64,000 nucleotides of DNA from an uncultured virus (IMG/VR IMGVR_UViG_3300027227_000004) (IMGVR_UViG_3300027227_000004); one strand, 5' to 3'. Counted from the first letter of the stretch, positions 54,983 through 63,867 are shown. The notes: generated by a model from the letters alone, not told the origin. Translations and numbers: made by a program.

Positions 54983-56669
54983 AAACCAACCTTGTATTTA
55001 TTGCGGAAGTAAGGACAATAGACAGGTATATAATGACGGGTGGTCACATTGTTTTACCCCCGGATGCCCAAAGCCACATGTAAACGAGGACACAATGGAA
55101 ATTGATGATTTAGAAGCGGAGTTTGCTGCTGTAAACGGTAGCAATCAGAAAGCTTCTGGAAATAAGCTAACTGTTGAAGAGATTTATAACGAGTACCCTT
55201 TTGCAGCCGATACAGAACGGCTTATCTCAATCGATGTTATGAAGTATTATGGCTGCAAAGTTGGTTATGATGGTTCTGGCAAGATTAACGAAAAGTTTTA
55301 TGCCTACAACTTCGATGAAAATAAAGTACCTCAAGCATACAAGTCACGAGTTCTACCCAAGGACTTCGGCAAGCGAGGCTCTATTGGTAAAGTAAAAGGT
55401 TTATATGGCTCTCATCTTAATTCTGGGGGTAAGCGCCTTGTTATCACTGAAGGAGAAGAAGATGCTCATGCGATTCAAGCCGCATGGTTCAAGAAGTACA
55501 AAACGTTTTATCCTGTAGAGTCTCTTCGTGGTGCTAGTGTAACTAAAGATCTCATCGAAGATCGGGCTCGTATTCGTAACTTTGAAGAAGTTATCCTCTG
55601 GCTTGATGGTGATGAAGCGGGTGCAGTAGCCACTAAGGAGGCTGCTCGCATCATTGGTTATGATAAGGTAAAAATTGTAAAGGCTAATGAGAAAGATGCC
55701 TCCGATGTATGGGTTAAGTCCAAAGGAGATCCTAATCAGCTATTAAAGTTTATTTACAATGCTCAACCTTACACTCCTGCAGGGATTCTTACAAAAGACC
55801 AACTATGGTCTCAGCTAGAAGCCTACAATGAAATCGAATCAGTACCTTATCCTTCTTTTATGACAGGGCTTAACGACAAACTAAAGGGGATGCGTTTCGG
55901 TGAGATTACTTTGTGGACTTCTGGTACAGGTTCTGGTAAATCTACCTTGCTTCGAGAGATTGCACTACATCTTGTTGAAACAACAGAAGATAAAATCGGT
56001 ATCATTTCTCTAGAAGAAAGCCCTGCAGAAACTGCTCGTAAGATGTCGGGAATGAAGATTAATAAGAATCCCGCCAAGGCTGAAATCCCTATTGAAGAAC
56101 TTAAAATCGGTTTTGATGGGACTTTCGGCACGGATCGTATTATGGTTCTAGATCATCAGGGCAGTATTTCTGATGGCTCGATTATGGACTTTCTTGAGTA
56201 TATGTGTCTAAGCGGTTGTAAATATTTGTTTATTGACCACATTACAATTCTTGCCTCTGAGGGCACTGAGGGGCTAACAGGTAACGAAGCCGTTGATAAG
56301 ATTATGAATGATCTTCTTCGTCTTGTAAAGAAGCATAGTGTGTGGATTGGGCTTATCTCCCACCTTCGTAAAGCAGATAACAAGAAGAAGTCGTTTGAAG
56401 AGGGCCGACTGCCTTCTATGGATGATATTCGTGGTTCTGGCTCAATTAAACAGATCTCAATGGATATTATTGCGTTCTCCCGCAATGTAAGTTCTGCTAT
56501 TGAGTCCGAGAGAAATACAATTCTAACTAAGGTTCTTAAGTGCCGATATACAGGTCTAACTGGTCCTTCTGGGGCACTTACTTATGACTTTGATACAGGC
56601 AGACTTAAACGAGGTGAAGGTTTTGATAGTATCGATGACGAGTTTGATCTAGAAGGAATTGAGTTGTGA
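54963..56669 (+). CDS. Primase-helicase (T7 gp4-like)
   Basis: Zn finger CIYC...HCF, TOPRIM ITEGEEDA/DGD, SF4 SGTGSGKS, LFIDH, ISHL, RGSG. Confidence 0.95.
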   Translation: MGKIVSKNQPCIYCGSKDNRQVYNDGWSHCFTPGCPKPHVNEDTMEIDDLEAEFAAVNGSNQKASGNKLTVEEIYNEYPFAADTERLISIDVMKYYGCKVGYDGSGKINEKFYAYNFDENKVPQAYKSRVLPKDFGKRGSIGKVKGLYGSHLNSGGKRLVITEGEEDAHAIQAAWFKKYKTFYPVESLRGASVTKDLIEDRARIRNFEEVILWLDGDEAGAVATKEAARIIGYDKVKIVKANEKDASDVWVKSKGDPNQLLKFIYNAQPYTPAGILTKDQLWSQLEAYNEIESVPYPSFMTGLNDKLKGMRFGEITLWTSGTGSGKSTLLREIALHLVETTEDKIGIISLEESPAETARKMSGMKINKNPAKAEIPIEELKIGFDGTFGTDRIMVLDHQGSISDGSIMDFLEYMCLSGCKYLFIDHITILASEGTEGLTGNEAVDKIMNDLLRLVKKHSVWIGLISHLRKADNKKKSFEEGRLPSMDDIRGSGSIKQISMDIIAFSRNVSSAIESERNTILTKVLKCRYTGLTGPSGALTYDFDTGRLKRGEGFDSIDDEFDLEGIEL

Positions 56670-56935
56670 ACAAAGAGATAAATATGGCAGCACACGAGTA
56701 TTTAGTGTTTTACTCCATTATTGCTAATCTATTAAGAGTAATTGAAGAGTACGAAGCAATGCTTCCCATTGAGCAGTCAAAGTTAGAAGCACTACCTGAT
56801 CGTTTTTATGATTGGGTAGTTGGCTTTATGGAAGAAGCTAACGATATGCCAGATGAAAATTTTAAAATGTTAGTTGACTATTTCGAGAATAGTTTAAATA
56901 AGAATACTGATTTCCACAAAAAAGGATTACAATAA
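56666..56935 (+). CDS. Hypothetical protein
   Basis: Coupled ORF. Confidence 0.6.
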   Translation: MNKEINMAAHEYLVFYSIIANLLRVIEEYEAMLPIEQSKLEALPDRFYDWVVGFMEEANDMPDENFKMLVDYFENSLNKNTDFHKKGLQ

Positions 56936-57186
56936 TGAGTGATGAACTAAACGAACATCTATGGGATTATGCCAACAAGGTAATGTACCCTACAATTAAA
57001 ACTGAAGATGAATGTGATAAGTTTTTAACAGGTCTTAAGAAGTTTAATGCATCTGAGAAGGAGCTTCTTAAAGACTATTGGACACTAATTACTTTCGGCT
57101 CAATTCCATACTACGAAGATGATGTATTTAAAGAAGAAGAATTAGCTGACGTTAAAGAACAAGAAGAAACTGAAGAAGAAGAATAA
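56935..57186 (+). CDS. Acidic hypothetical protein
   Basis: Coupled ORF. Confidence 0.6.
   Translation: MSDELNEHLWDYANKVMYPTIKTEDECDKFLTGLKKFNASEKELLKDYWTLITFGSIPYYEDDVFKEEELADVKEQEETEEEE
57140..57160 (+). promoter_or_regulatory. Phage RNAP promoter upstream of RNR, +1 G57157
   Basis: AATTAGCTGACGTTAAA|GAAC. Confidence 0.8.
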
Positions 57187-57197
57187 GGAGAAATAAA

Positions 57198-59063
57198 ATG
57201 GACGCCTATAGAAGCTTTATCCACTTGTCTCGCTACTCACGTTTTCTAGATGACAAAGGTCGTCGTGAATCATGGGAAGAGACTGTAGATCGTGTTATTA
57301 ACTTCTGGAAGAAGCAAGTTGGAAATAAACTTTCTGACACTGATTTTAAAGAAATCGAGCAAGCTATTCTCAACCATGATGTTATGCCTTCTATGCGGTC
57401 AATGTGGTCGGCAGGTGAAGCACTAGAGAAGAATCACTTCCGTGGCTATAACTGTGCTTTTACCGCTGTAGATCATCAACGTGTATTCGATGAAATCCTG
57501 TATGTACTTATGGCAGGTACAGGTGTTGGCTTCTCAGCAGAAGCTAAATACGTCAATAAACTACCTATTATCAATGACACCTTCACTAAGACTGAGCGTG
57601 TTATTCAAGTAGAAGATTCAGCCGAAGGTTGGGCCAAGGCCCTCCGTAAACTTATTGCAGACCTCTATCTAGGAAACGAACATGAATGGGATTATAGCAA
57701 GATTAGGCCCGAAGGCGCTCGACTTAAGACTATGGGCGGAAGAGCTTCTGGTCCGAAACCACTTATGGATCTTTTTGACTTTGTAACCAAAACATTTAAA
57801 AATGCCGCTGGTCGTAAACTTCGACCCATTGAAGTTCATGACATGGTATGTAAAATCGCAGAAATTGTTGTTGTAGGTGGTGTACGCCGTTCTGCACTAC
57901 TTTCACTCTCTGACCTTGGTGATCCTGAGATTCGTGATTGCAAATCAGGACAGTGGTGGGTAAATACCCCACATCGTGCTCTTGCTAATAACTCCGGTGC
58001 GTATGAACAGAAGCCCTCCATGGCAGTTTTCATGGAAGAGTGGATGTCTCTCATGAAGTCAGGCTCCGGTGAGCGAGGTATTGTGTCTCGTTACGGTCTT
58101 CAGGAAATGGCTCCAGAACGCCGTGATGGCGAACAGCTAGTAGGGCTTAACCCTTGTGCGGAGATTGCTCTTCGTTCTGCTCAACTCTGCAACTTATCAG
58201 AGGTTGTTGCTCGTGAAAACGATACTAAAGAAGATCTGCTTCGTAAAGTTCGTATTGCAACAATTCTTGGTACTCTTCAAGCTACACTTACTGACTTCAA
58301 ATATGTTCGTTCAGTATGGCGTAAGAACTGTGAGGAAGAACGACTTCTTGGTGTTTCACTGACTGGTATTCAGGACTGTAAACTACTTCGTAATCCTGAT
58401 CCACAACTACTAGAGGATATGAAAGCGCATGCAGTGGATATTAATCGTGAGTATGCTGGAATTCTTGGTATTAATTCTGCTGCCGCTATTACTACCGTCA
58501 AGCCTTCCGGCACGGTATCTCAACTTGTTGACAGCTCTTCAGGTATTCACGGGCGCTTTGCACCTTATTATATCCGTCGTGTACGCCAAGCGAACCATGA
58601 CCCACTAACACAAATGCTAAAAGATCAGGGCGTTCCTAATGAACCTGATGCGATGAACCCACTTAAAACAACTATCTTTAGCTTCCCAATCAAGTCTCCA
58701 AAAGGTGCTACACTTGCTAACAATCAAACAGCTATTGAACAGCTAGAAAATTGGCTTGTGTTTAAGAAGTATTGGGCAGAGCACTCTGTATCCGTTACTG
58801 TTTATGTAAAAGAACACGAGTGGCTTGAAGTTGGTGATTGGGTTTACAAGCATTTCGATATGGTAACTGGCATCAGTTTCCTACCTTACTCTGAACACAC
58901 TTATCAACAAGCGCCTTACGAGGATATTAACGTGCTAGAGTTTGATAAGCTTGTTGCAGCTATGCCTGTAGTTGACTTCTCTAAGCTCCCAGAGTATGAA
59001 CTTGAAGACAACACTGAAGGTGCCCAAACTCTAGCTTGCGCCGCTGGTGGTTGCGAAATCTAA
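57198..59063 (+). CDS. nrdJ: Class II (adenosylcobalamin-dependent) ribonucleotide reductase
   Basis: YNCAF, VVGGVRRSA, NPCAE, CNLSE, TTVKPSGT, C-terminal CAAGGCEI; no beta subunit gene seen. Confidence 0.9.
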   Translation: MDAYRSFIHLSRYSRFLDDKGRRESWEETVDRVINFWKKQVGNKLSDTDFKEIEQAILNHDVMPSMRSMWSAGEALEKNHFRGYNCAFTAVDHQRVFDEILYVLMAGTGVGFSAEAKYVNKLPIINDTFTKTERVIQVEDSAEGWAKALRKLIADLYLGNEHEWDYSKIRPEGARLKTMGGRASGPKPLMDLFDFVTKTFKNAAGRKLRPIEVHDMVCKIAEIVVVGGVRRSALLSLSDLGDPEIRDCKSGQWWVNTPHRALANNSGAYEQKPSMAVFMEEWMSLMKSGSGERGIVSRYGLQEMAPERRDGEQLVGLNPCAEIALRSAQLCNLSEVVARENDTKEDLLRKVRIATILGTLQATLTDFKYVRSVWRKNCEEERLLGVSLTGIQDCKLLRNPDPQLLEDMKAHAVDINREYAGILGINSAAAITTVKPSGTVSQLVDSSSGIHGRFAPYYIRRVRQANHDPLTQMLKDQGVPNEPDAMNPLKTTIFSFPIKSPKGATLANNQTAIEQLENWLVFKKYWAEHSVSVTVYVKEHEWLEVGDWVYKHFDMVTGISFLPYSEHTYQQAPYEDINVLEFDKLVAAMPVVDFSKLPEYELEDNTEGAQTLACAAGGCEI

Positions 59064-59081
59064 TACCTGACATTAAAGAAC
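59061..59081 (+). promoter_or_regulatory. Phage RNAP promoter, +1 G59078
   Basis: TAATACCTGACATTAAA|GAAC. Confidence 0.85.
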
Positions 59082-59082
59082 A

Positions 59083-59110
59083 ACACCTAGGCAAGTGTAT
59101 AAAAGGCTTA
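59083..59110 (+). promoter_or_regulatory. Compact H-type RNA pseudoknot motif, copy 3
   Basis: ACAC-CTAGGCAA-GTGT-ATAAAA-GGCTTA. Confidence 0.55.
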
Positions 59111-59130
59111 TTATCACATAGGAGAGTAAT

Positions 59131-59310
59131 ATGAAGTATTTAAAAAAAGTGTCAGAGTTCAATGTAGAGTTTATCTCTAATGGTTTTATTGTTTCTTATA
59201 ATGGTTATAATGAGAACGACGAATGGGAGTCTGAAAAGTTTTATGCTTCAACAATGTTAAAACTTAAACAAATGATCAATATCATTGACACTATGAACAA
59301 GGATAAGTAA
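59131..59310 (+). CDS. 59-aa hypothetical protein (not in ORF track)
   Basis: AGGAG RBS; open frame to TAA 59310. Confidence 0.65.
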   Translation: MKYLKKVSEFNVEFISNGFIVSYNGYNENDEWESEKFYASTMLKLKQMINIIDTMNKDK

Positions 59311-59311
59311 T

Positions 59312-59512
59312 ATGAAAATCGGATTTCTACCTGCACTAGCCCTGATTTTTATCACCCTTAAACTTACAAACTACATTGCATGGTCTTGGTTTTGGGTTGT
59401 TAGCCCAATTGTGATTCCTCTAATTATTTCGCTACTTATCATTTTTATTGCTGCAATTATTTCACCTGCTTCAACAAAAGAAGCACTATCACGTTACAAG
59501 GGTAAACGCTAA
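59312..59512 (+). CDS. Small membrane protein
   Basis: L.LIFITLKL...I.WSWFWV.SP motif. Confidence 0.75.
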   Translation: MKIGFLPALALIFITLKLTNYIAWSWFWVVSPIVIPLIISLLIIFIAAIISPASTKEALSRYKGKR

Positions 59513-59646
59513 TGGCTAAAGTTAATACATCTAAGTCTGTTCATACTCCAATTGTAAAACGTACTTCGATTGGTAAAGGTAAGTTAAAGACCTCTTCAAT
59601 GAACAAACACAAGCGCCGTAATAAGGGCATGTCTCATAATGGCTGA
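59512..59646 (+). CDS. 44-aa basic protein (not in ORF track)
   Basis: TAATG-coupled; KRTSIG...SSMNKHKRR. Confidence 0.55.
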   Translation: MAKVNTSKSVHTPIVKRTSIGKGKLKTSSMNKHKRRNKGMSHNG

Positions 59647-59896
59647 TAAGGTTATCAACTTTTTAGAAATTTCTCAAAAAAAACGTGAAGAGGAAGACTA
59701 CAACATCAACATCAATAAACATGATAACATCTTAGATGTTCTTGAAGAAGAGTATCCGATGGGTGGTATTATCATTACTATTGATGAAGAAGGTATCGGG
59801 GTAGCCGCTACCGTAGAAGATTATGAAACAATGCGTAATGCAATGGTTTCTGCAATGATTAAATTATTAGAGAGTGGGCAAGATGAACTTGAATGA
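59639..59896 (+). CDS. Hypothetical protein
   Basis: ORF track. Confidence 0.6.
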   Translation: MADKVINFLEISQKKREEEDYNININKHDNILDVLEEEYPMGGIIITIDEEGIGVAATVEDYETMRNAMVSAMIKLLESGQDELE

Positions 59897-60167
59897 TGCT
59901 TTTTATTATCTAGAGAATGCTAAAATCGATATCGACAATGCTATTAGTCCTTACGGACGAACGCTTCGTGGGCTTCTTACTGAGATTTATGATCTTGGTT
60001 ATAGCGATGGCTCAGAACAATCAGTAGAAGAATGCGACTGTGATAACGTATTTGAAGAAGGCTATGATGAAGGTTATAACTCAGGTTATGATACAGGAAG
60101 CGATGAAGGCTACGAGCAGGGTTATGATGACGGTTACAATGCCTGCATTGACGAGTATGCCCTATGA
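59883..60167 (+). CDS. Acidic protein with (E/D)GY repeats
   Basis: EEGYDEGYNSGYDTGSDEGYEQGYDDGY. Confidence 0.65.
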   Translation: MNLNDAFYYLENAKIDIDNAISPYGRTLRGLLTEIYDLGYSDGSEQSVEECDCDNVFEEGYDEGYNSGYDTGSDEGYEQGYDDGYNACIDEYAL

Positions 60168-60526
60168 ATAATGTAATTCTCCAAAGGCTTAAAGAAGTTG
60201 CGGAGGACTCTGAACCTGTATCGAAGGTGCGGCTAGCCGCCGCTATATTATACAAGAACAAGATCGTAAGCATTGGTAGGAATCAGTATAAAACTCATCC
60301 TATCATGCTTAGATTTTGTAAAAATCCGGAGGCTATTTATCTCCATGCTGAAGTTGATGCCATTAACCGAGCAAAAAAGATTTTAACTGTCTCTGAGCTT
60401 TCTAAAGCAACTCTTGTTGTTATTCGTATTAAAAGAGACGGTTCTTACGCTATGGCTAAGCCTTGTGAAGGCTGTCAAGATTGTATCAATCACCACAACA
60501 TCAAAAAGGTGTTCTACACACAATGA
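60164..60526 (+). CDS. Cytidine/dCMP deaminase-superfamily protein
   Basis: HAE ... PCEGC zinc motif. Confidence 0.88.
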   Translation: MNNVILQRLKEVAEDSEPVSKVRLAAAILYKNKIVSIGRNQYKTHPIMLRFCKNPEAIYLHAEVDAINRAKKILTVSELSKATLVVIRIKRDGSYAMAKPCEGCQDCINHHNIKKVFYTQ

Positions 60527-60762
60527 TTATTGAGATTCACACAAGTAAAAACCCGCAATCAGATCAACATTTAATGCGAGAACTCTCTATGAATCTAAGC
60601 GTTCTATTTAATCTTCAGAACGCTCAAGAGGTTACTATCTCAACTGGCTATGGGGTCATTAAATCTAAGAAGGTAAATCTTCGTTATATAACAAAATTTT
60701 ACCCTTATGATGATATTGAGGGCGTATTGGAGAAAGAAAATGTACCTGATCATCGGTCGTGA
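60523..60762 (+). CDS. Hypothetical protein
   Basis: ATGA-coupled. Confidence 0.5.
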   Translation: MIIEIHTSKNPQSDQHLMRELSMNLSVLFNLQNAQEVTISTGYGVIKSKKVNLRYITKFYPYDDIEGVLEKENVPDHRS

Positions 60763-60970
60763 TAATTGTACTTTTTGCGATAAAGCAAAAGCCCATATGG
60801 AGCGAAATTCCTTAAAGTACATTTATAAAAACATCAGTAAGATGGATGATATTGAATATAAATTTTACGTTGATCTAGTTAAAGAGGATATCGGTATGCG
60901 AACGCTCCCTGTTATTTTTAATTTAATCGGCGGATATGATCAATTAATTAATGGAAAAAATAATGAGTGA
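60740..60970 (+). CDS. Glutaredoxin
   Basis: CTFC..AK ... TLP.IF ... IGGYDQL. Confidence 0.88.
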   Translation: MYLIIGRDNCTFCDKAKAHMERNSLKYIYKNISKMDDIEYKFYVDLVKEDIGMRTLPVIFNLIGGYDQLINGKNNE

Positions 60971-61047
60971 AAAAATTAGTATTGACGGTAGAACATACTT
61001 CGTGGACGAAATGAATGAAGATCAAAAATTAAAGAATTCACCAGAAA

Positions 61048-61509
61048 ATGACTGAACAAAAACCTAAACGAAAAGTAGGTAGGCCACGAGCCGAACCTAT
61101 TAATAAAGTACCTGACCTTAAAGAACAACGGCAAAACAAGCAAGAGAAGCTAGGTCCGAAACGATCAGCAGAGTTACTCTATAAAGAACTTACTTATGTG
61201 ACTAGTATTGGTGTTTACGGTATCGATGATTATACTAAAGCTTTAATTGATGAACTTTGGAAAGACCCAGAAAAGACAATCGTTGCTACGGATACAAATC
61301 AGTCTAGACTGGATAATATCAACCGAGTGATTTCTCAACGGAGCTTCTCTATGTATCGCTGGGAGGCTGTCCCTTCTTCTGGATTCATTGAAGAACCCGT
61401 ATGTGATGTGATTATTGCATCTAAAGATTGTTCTAAAGAATTAAAATCTCGACCAAACCCGTACGATACTCCTATTATTGTTATGGAAGATGTAAATTAT
61501 GCAGATTGA
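61048..61509 (+). CDS. Hypothetical protein with N-terminal AT-hook-like motif
   Basis: KRKVGRPR. Confidence 0.65.
   Translation: MTEQKPKRKVGRPRAEPINKVPDLKEQRQNKQEKLGPKRSAELLYKELTYVTSIGVYGIDDYTKALIDELWKDPEKTIVATDTNQSRLDNINRVISQRSFSMYRWEAVPSSGFIEEPVCDVIIASKDCSKELKSRPNPYDTPIIVMEDVNYAD
61106..61126 (+). promoter_or_regulatory. Intragenic phage RNAP promoter, +1 G61123
   Basis: AAGTACCTGACCTTAAA|GAAC. Confidence 0.75.
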
Positions 61510-61714
61510 GACCTTTATTTCCTATAATCAAAACTTAGGGTTTATTGATGTAGAATATGTTGGTATGGAGAAATCTCAGACAGAAGGTTTTTCAGATATT
61601 CTTGTAGTAAGGCATTCTGGTGTGGAAAGCAAATTACTCTGGGATGACTACAATAATTACTATTCAGGTTATATCGTTAAAAATGGCAAACAAATTGAAG
61701 GGTATGTAGTATAA
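61499..61714 (+). CDS. Hypothetical protein
   Basis: Coupled ORF. Confidence 0.6.
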   Translation: MQIETFISYNQNLGFIDVEYVGMEKSQTEGFSDILVVRHSGVESKLLWDDYNNYYSGYIVKNGKQIEGYVV

Positions 61715-61911
61715 TGTCAAACTATCGTGATGTAGAATACTTTGGGATTCTTGCAGATGATTCTAACTTCGAGGTTGTGTGTATGGATGAACGAGATGAC
61801 TTTATTTGGAAAAGCCGAGACCCAAAGAAAGACAAAACTTGGGAAGATGTAATTGATCGTCTTCTCGATATGTACGGGGAAATTCAAATTATAGAAGTCT
61901 CTGCTGTATAA
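61714..61911 (+). CDS. Hypothetical protein
   Basis: TAATG-coupled. Confidence 0.6.
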   Translation: MSNYRDVEYFGILADDSNFEVVCMDERDDFIWKSRDPKKDKTWEDVIDRLLDMYGEIQIIEVSAV

Positions 61912-61917
61912 GATAAA

Positions 61918-61942
61918 GTCCTTAGCACGACAATAAACTGCT
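61918..61942 (+). promoter_or_regulatory. Compact H-type RNA pseudoknot motif, copy 4 (directly 5' of the tRNA)
   Basis: GTC-CTTAGCAC-GAC-AATAAA-CTGCT. Confidence 0.55.
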
Positions 61943-61946
61943 TAAT

Positions 61947-62023
61947 GGTTCCTTAGCTCAATTGGATAGAGCAACTGCCTTCTAAGCAGTAGGTTACAGG
62001 TTCGAGTCCTGTAGGGACCACCA
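61947..62023 (+). tRNA. tRNA-Arg (anticodon TCT), CCA encoded
   Basis: Acceptor GGTTCCT/AGGGACC, D-arm GCTC/GAGC, anticodon ACTGC-CTTCTAA-GCAGT, T-arm ACAGG-TTCGAGT-CCTGT. Confidence 0.97.
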
Positions 62024-62050
62024 ATCATATTTTAATATTAGGAGTAATAA

Positions 62051-62413
62051 ATGGCGTATTGGGGTTATCATGCAATGTTCGATTGTGCAAATTGTGACAT
62101 TGAGAAAATTACGAGTAAAGAAAACGTATATAATTTTATTAAGGAACTTGTTCCTGCAATTGACATGATTTCGTTTGGAGAGCCTATGATTGAGCACTTT
62201 GCTACTCATGCCCCAGATAAAGCAGGTATTAGTTTTATACAAATGATCGAGACATCAAATATTTCAGGTCATCTTGTAGATTCTAATGGTGATGGCTACT
62301 TTGATATTTTCTCATGCAAACCGGTAGATATTGGAATTGCTCAGGAAATGATACAAAAGTATTTTAATCCGAAGAAAGTCCGTGTGAACTTTATTACACG
62401 TTCTGCTGGTTAA
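62051..62413 (+). CDS. speD: S-adenosylmethionine decarboxylase proenzyme
   Basis: GYH..FD, IETSNISGH (pyruvoyl Ser region), DIFSCK. Confidence 0.88.
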   Translation: MAYWGYHAMFDCANCDIEKITSKENVYNFIKELVPAIDMISFGEPMIEHFATHAPDKAGISFIQMIETSNISGHLVDSNGDGYFDIFSCKPVDIGIAQEMIQKYFNPKKVRVNFITRSAG

Positions 62414-62416
62414 ACA

Positions 62417-62442
62417 AGCTCCCCCATGTAAAAGTGGGGGCT
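62417..62442 (+). terminator. Stem-loop after speD
   Basis: CCCCCAT-GTAAAA-GTGGGGG; weak U-tract. Confidence 0.45.
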
Positions 62443-62482
62443 GCTTAAAATTTGAAATAGGTCAGCTATAGGAAAGATTAAC

Positions 62483-62671
62483 ATGAATTGGGTTACTCGT
62501 TATTGGAATTACTTGAAGACTTGGCGAGCACATCGTGAAGCTATTAAGCAACTTAATAGCCTTACAGATAATGAGCTAAAAGATATTGGTATTAGCCGAT
62601 CTGATATCGATCGCCTTATATGGCTAGAAGAAGATAAAACAATGCGTGGGCGTGGTAAAGGAATGAACTAA
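62483..62671 (+). CDS. DUF1127 (YjiS-like) small protein
   Basis: WR..R....QL..L.D.ELKDIGISR.DI signature. Confidence 0.9.
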   Translation: MNWVTRYWNYLKTWRAHREAIKQLNSLTDNELKDIGISRSDIDRLIWLEEDKTMRGRGKGMN

Positions 62672-63006
62672 TGACATTTGACCCAACACAAAACCGTAGT
62701 CCGGTAAAGCTCCTATCGTCAGAGGAATTTCAAACCCTTAAGGATTGGCCTCACGGGCATCAACTATGGTCTTTCGAAGAGGTATGGGTAGACGTGCCTC
62801 TACCAAAGTGGATTACTTCATGTATCTACCGTGGCAAGCCTGCTTCAGCCGTGGTGAGCAAGTGGTTCAATCTTTACCCGTGTGGACCGGGAGATGCCCA
62901 CAATAGCAGAGAAACGGTTGACGAATACGCACTCGACAACCGAATTGGCGTCCTCCGCATTGACACAATTAACGATGTATCGACATGCCACTGGGAGGAT
63001 TTGTGA
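62671..63006 (+). CDS. Hypothetical protein
   Basis: TAATG-coupled; its 3' end is the repeat at the window start. Confidence 0.7.
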   Translation: MTFDPTQNRSPVKLLSSEEFQTLKDWPHGHQLWSFEEVWVDVPLPKWITSCIYRGKPASAVVSKWFNLYPCGPGDAHNSRETVDEYALDNRIGVLRIDTINDVSTCHWEDL

Positions 63007-63011
63007 TGAGT
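62900..63011 (+). repeat. Exact 112-bp direct repeat, copy 2
   Basis: Identical to 1-112. Confidence 0.95.
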
Positions 63012-63130
63012 TCAATGGTTGGGTAGCGGAAAGGACAGAAGGAGAGAAGGAATGACTGACATGATGATCACCCTGCTTGGTGATATGATCCACAAGATGG
63101 TTGAGGATAACAAAGCAAATCAAACAGGAG

Positions 63131-63310
63131 ATGTATGATATGCAAGGTAAAGAACATTTCGAGGACTGGTTCTATCAGACACGGAACGAGGAAAGGCCAG
63201 TAATTCACTTCGATAAGTTGGTGAGTGAGTATCATTCATCCATTGAACGGTGGCTAAGTTGGGCCTATGTAGCAGGCTACAAAAAGGGATTGGAGAGTAA
63301 AGATGAGTGA
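63131..63310 (+). CDS. Hypothetical protein
   Basis: ORF track; start uncertain. Confidence 0.55.
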   Translation: MYDMQGKEHFEDWFYQTRNEERPVIHFDKLVSEYHSSIERWLSWAYVAGYKKGLESKDE

Positions 63311-63596
63311 CTACAAACAAACTCGAGACGCAGCAGGTATCATCACCTCTCGCTTCTCTAACATGCTGAAGAACCTACAGGACGACTACGAGGAAGAGAT
63401 TGTTGTCGTATCTCTGATGGGATATTACGAGATGTGCGCTAAGCCAGACAAGATCGATAATACCGTAGGTGAATACATTGACCCTGATGAAGACCTGCTC
63501 TGGGCTATTGAACGAGTACTTCAAGACTACATGTCCTCTAGAGATTTCAACGATTGGTTGATGACAAGATACGGGGGGAAGCGTGATGGAAAGTGA
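63303..63596 (+). CDS. Hypothetical protein, paralog of 456-740
   Basis: First 30 aa identical to the 456 ORF. Confidence 0.8.
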   Translation: MSDYKQTRDAAGIITSRFSNMLKNLQDDYEEEIVVVSLMGYYEMCAKPDKIDNTVGEYIDPDEDLLWAIERVLQDYMSSRDFNDWLMTRYGGKRDGK

Positions 63597-63867
63597 TGAT
63601 CTAATAAAACATTCTCTTCGCAAGCTACAAGAAGCACGCCCTGATGATATGCGACTTTTGTGTGAATCAGTTACGGAAAAGGCGGAATTGACTTTGGAAG
63701 ATATTAAGCTAGAGACAGATGATATTGGTATCTGGTTACTAGTAGGAGACAAACAAGCTGGGCATGTGAGTTGGTACGAGATTACTAGACGTATCGAACA
63801 GAAGCTACTCCAAGAGAAGTTTCTACTAGCCCTTGCTAAATTTGATGAGGAGGATGGATTGCTATGA
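63583..63867 (+). CDS. Hypothetical protein, paralog of 802-993
   Basis: Shared motifs, same gene order. Confidence 0.7.
   Translation: MMESDDLIKHSLRKLQEARPDDMRLLCESVTEKAELTLEDIKLETDDIGIWLLVGDKQAGHVSWYEITRRIEQKLLQEKFLLALAKFDEEDGLL

Noticed and set aside
59083..59110. Pseudoknot copies as preQ1-I riboswitches
   Set aside because: Similar topology, but the conserved preQ1 loop and tail residues are absent and no queuosine genes were seen
2969..61126. Repeated CTGAC motif as CRISPR repeats or att sites
   Set aside because: Dispersed over kilobases, no regular spacers, no cas or integrase gene; geometry matches phage RNAP promoters
61918..61942. tRNA-associated theta (HDV-like) ribozyme
   Set aside because: Too short, lacks the nested double pseudoknot and lies 5' rather than 3' of the tRNA
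62458..62469. Minus-strand half match ATAGCTGACCTA to the promoter
   Set aside because: Lacks the TTAAA|GAA initiation half; not counted, though antisense activity cannot be excluded
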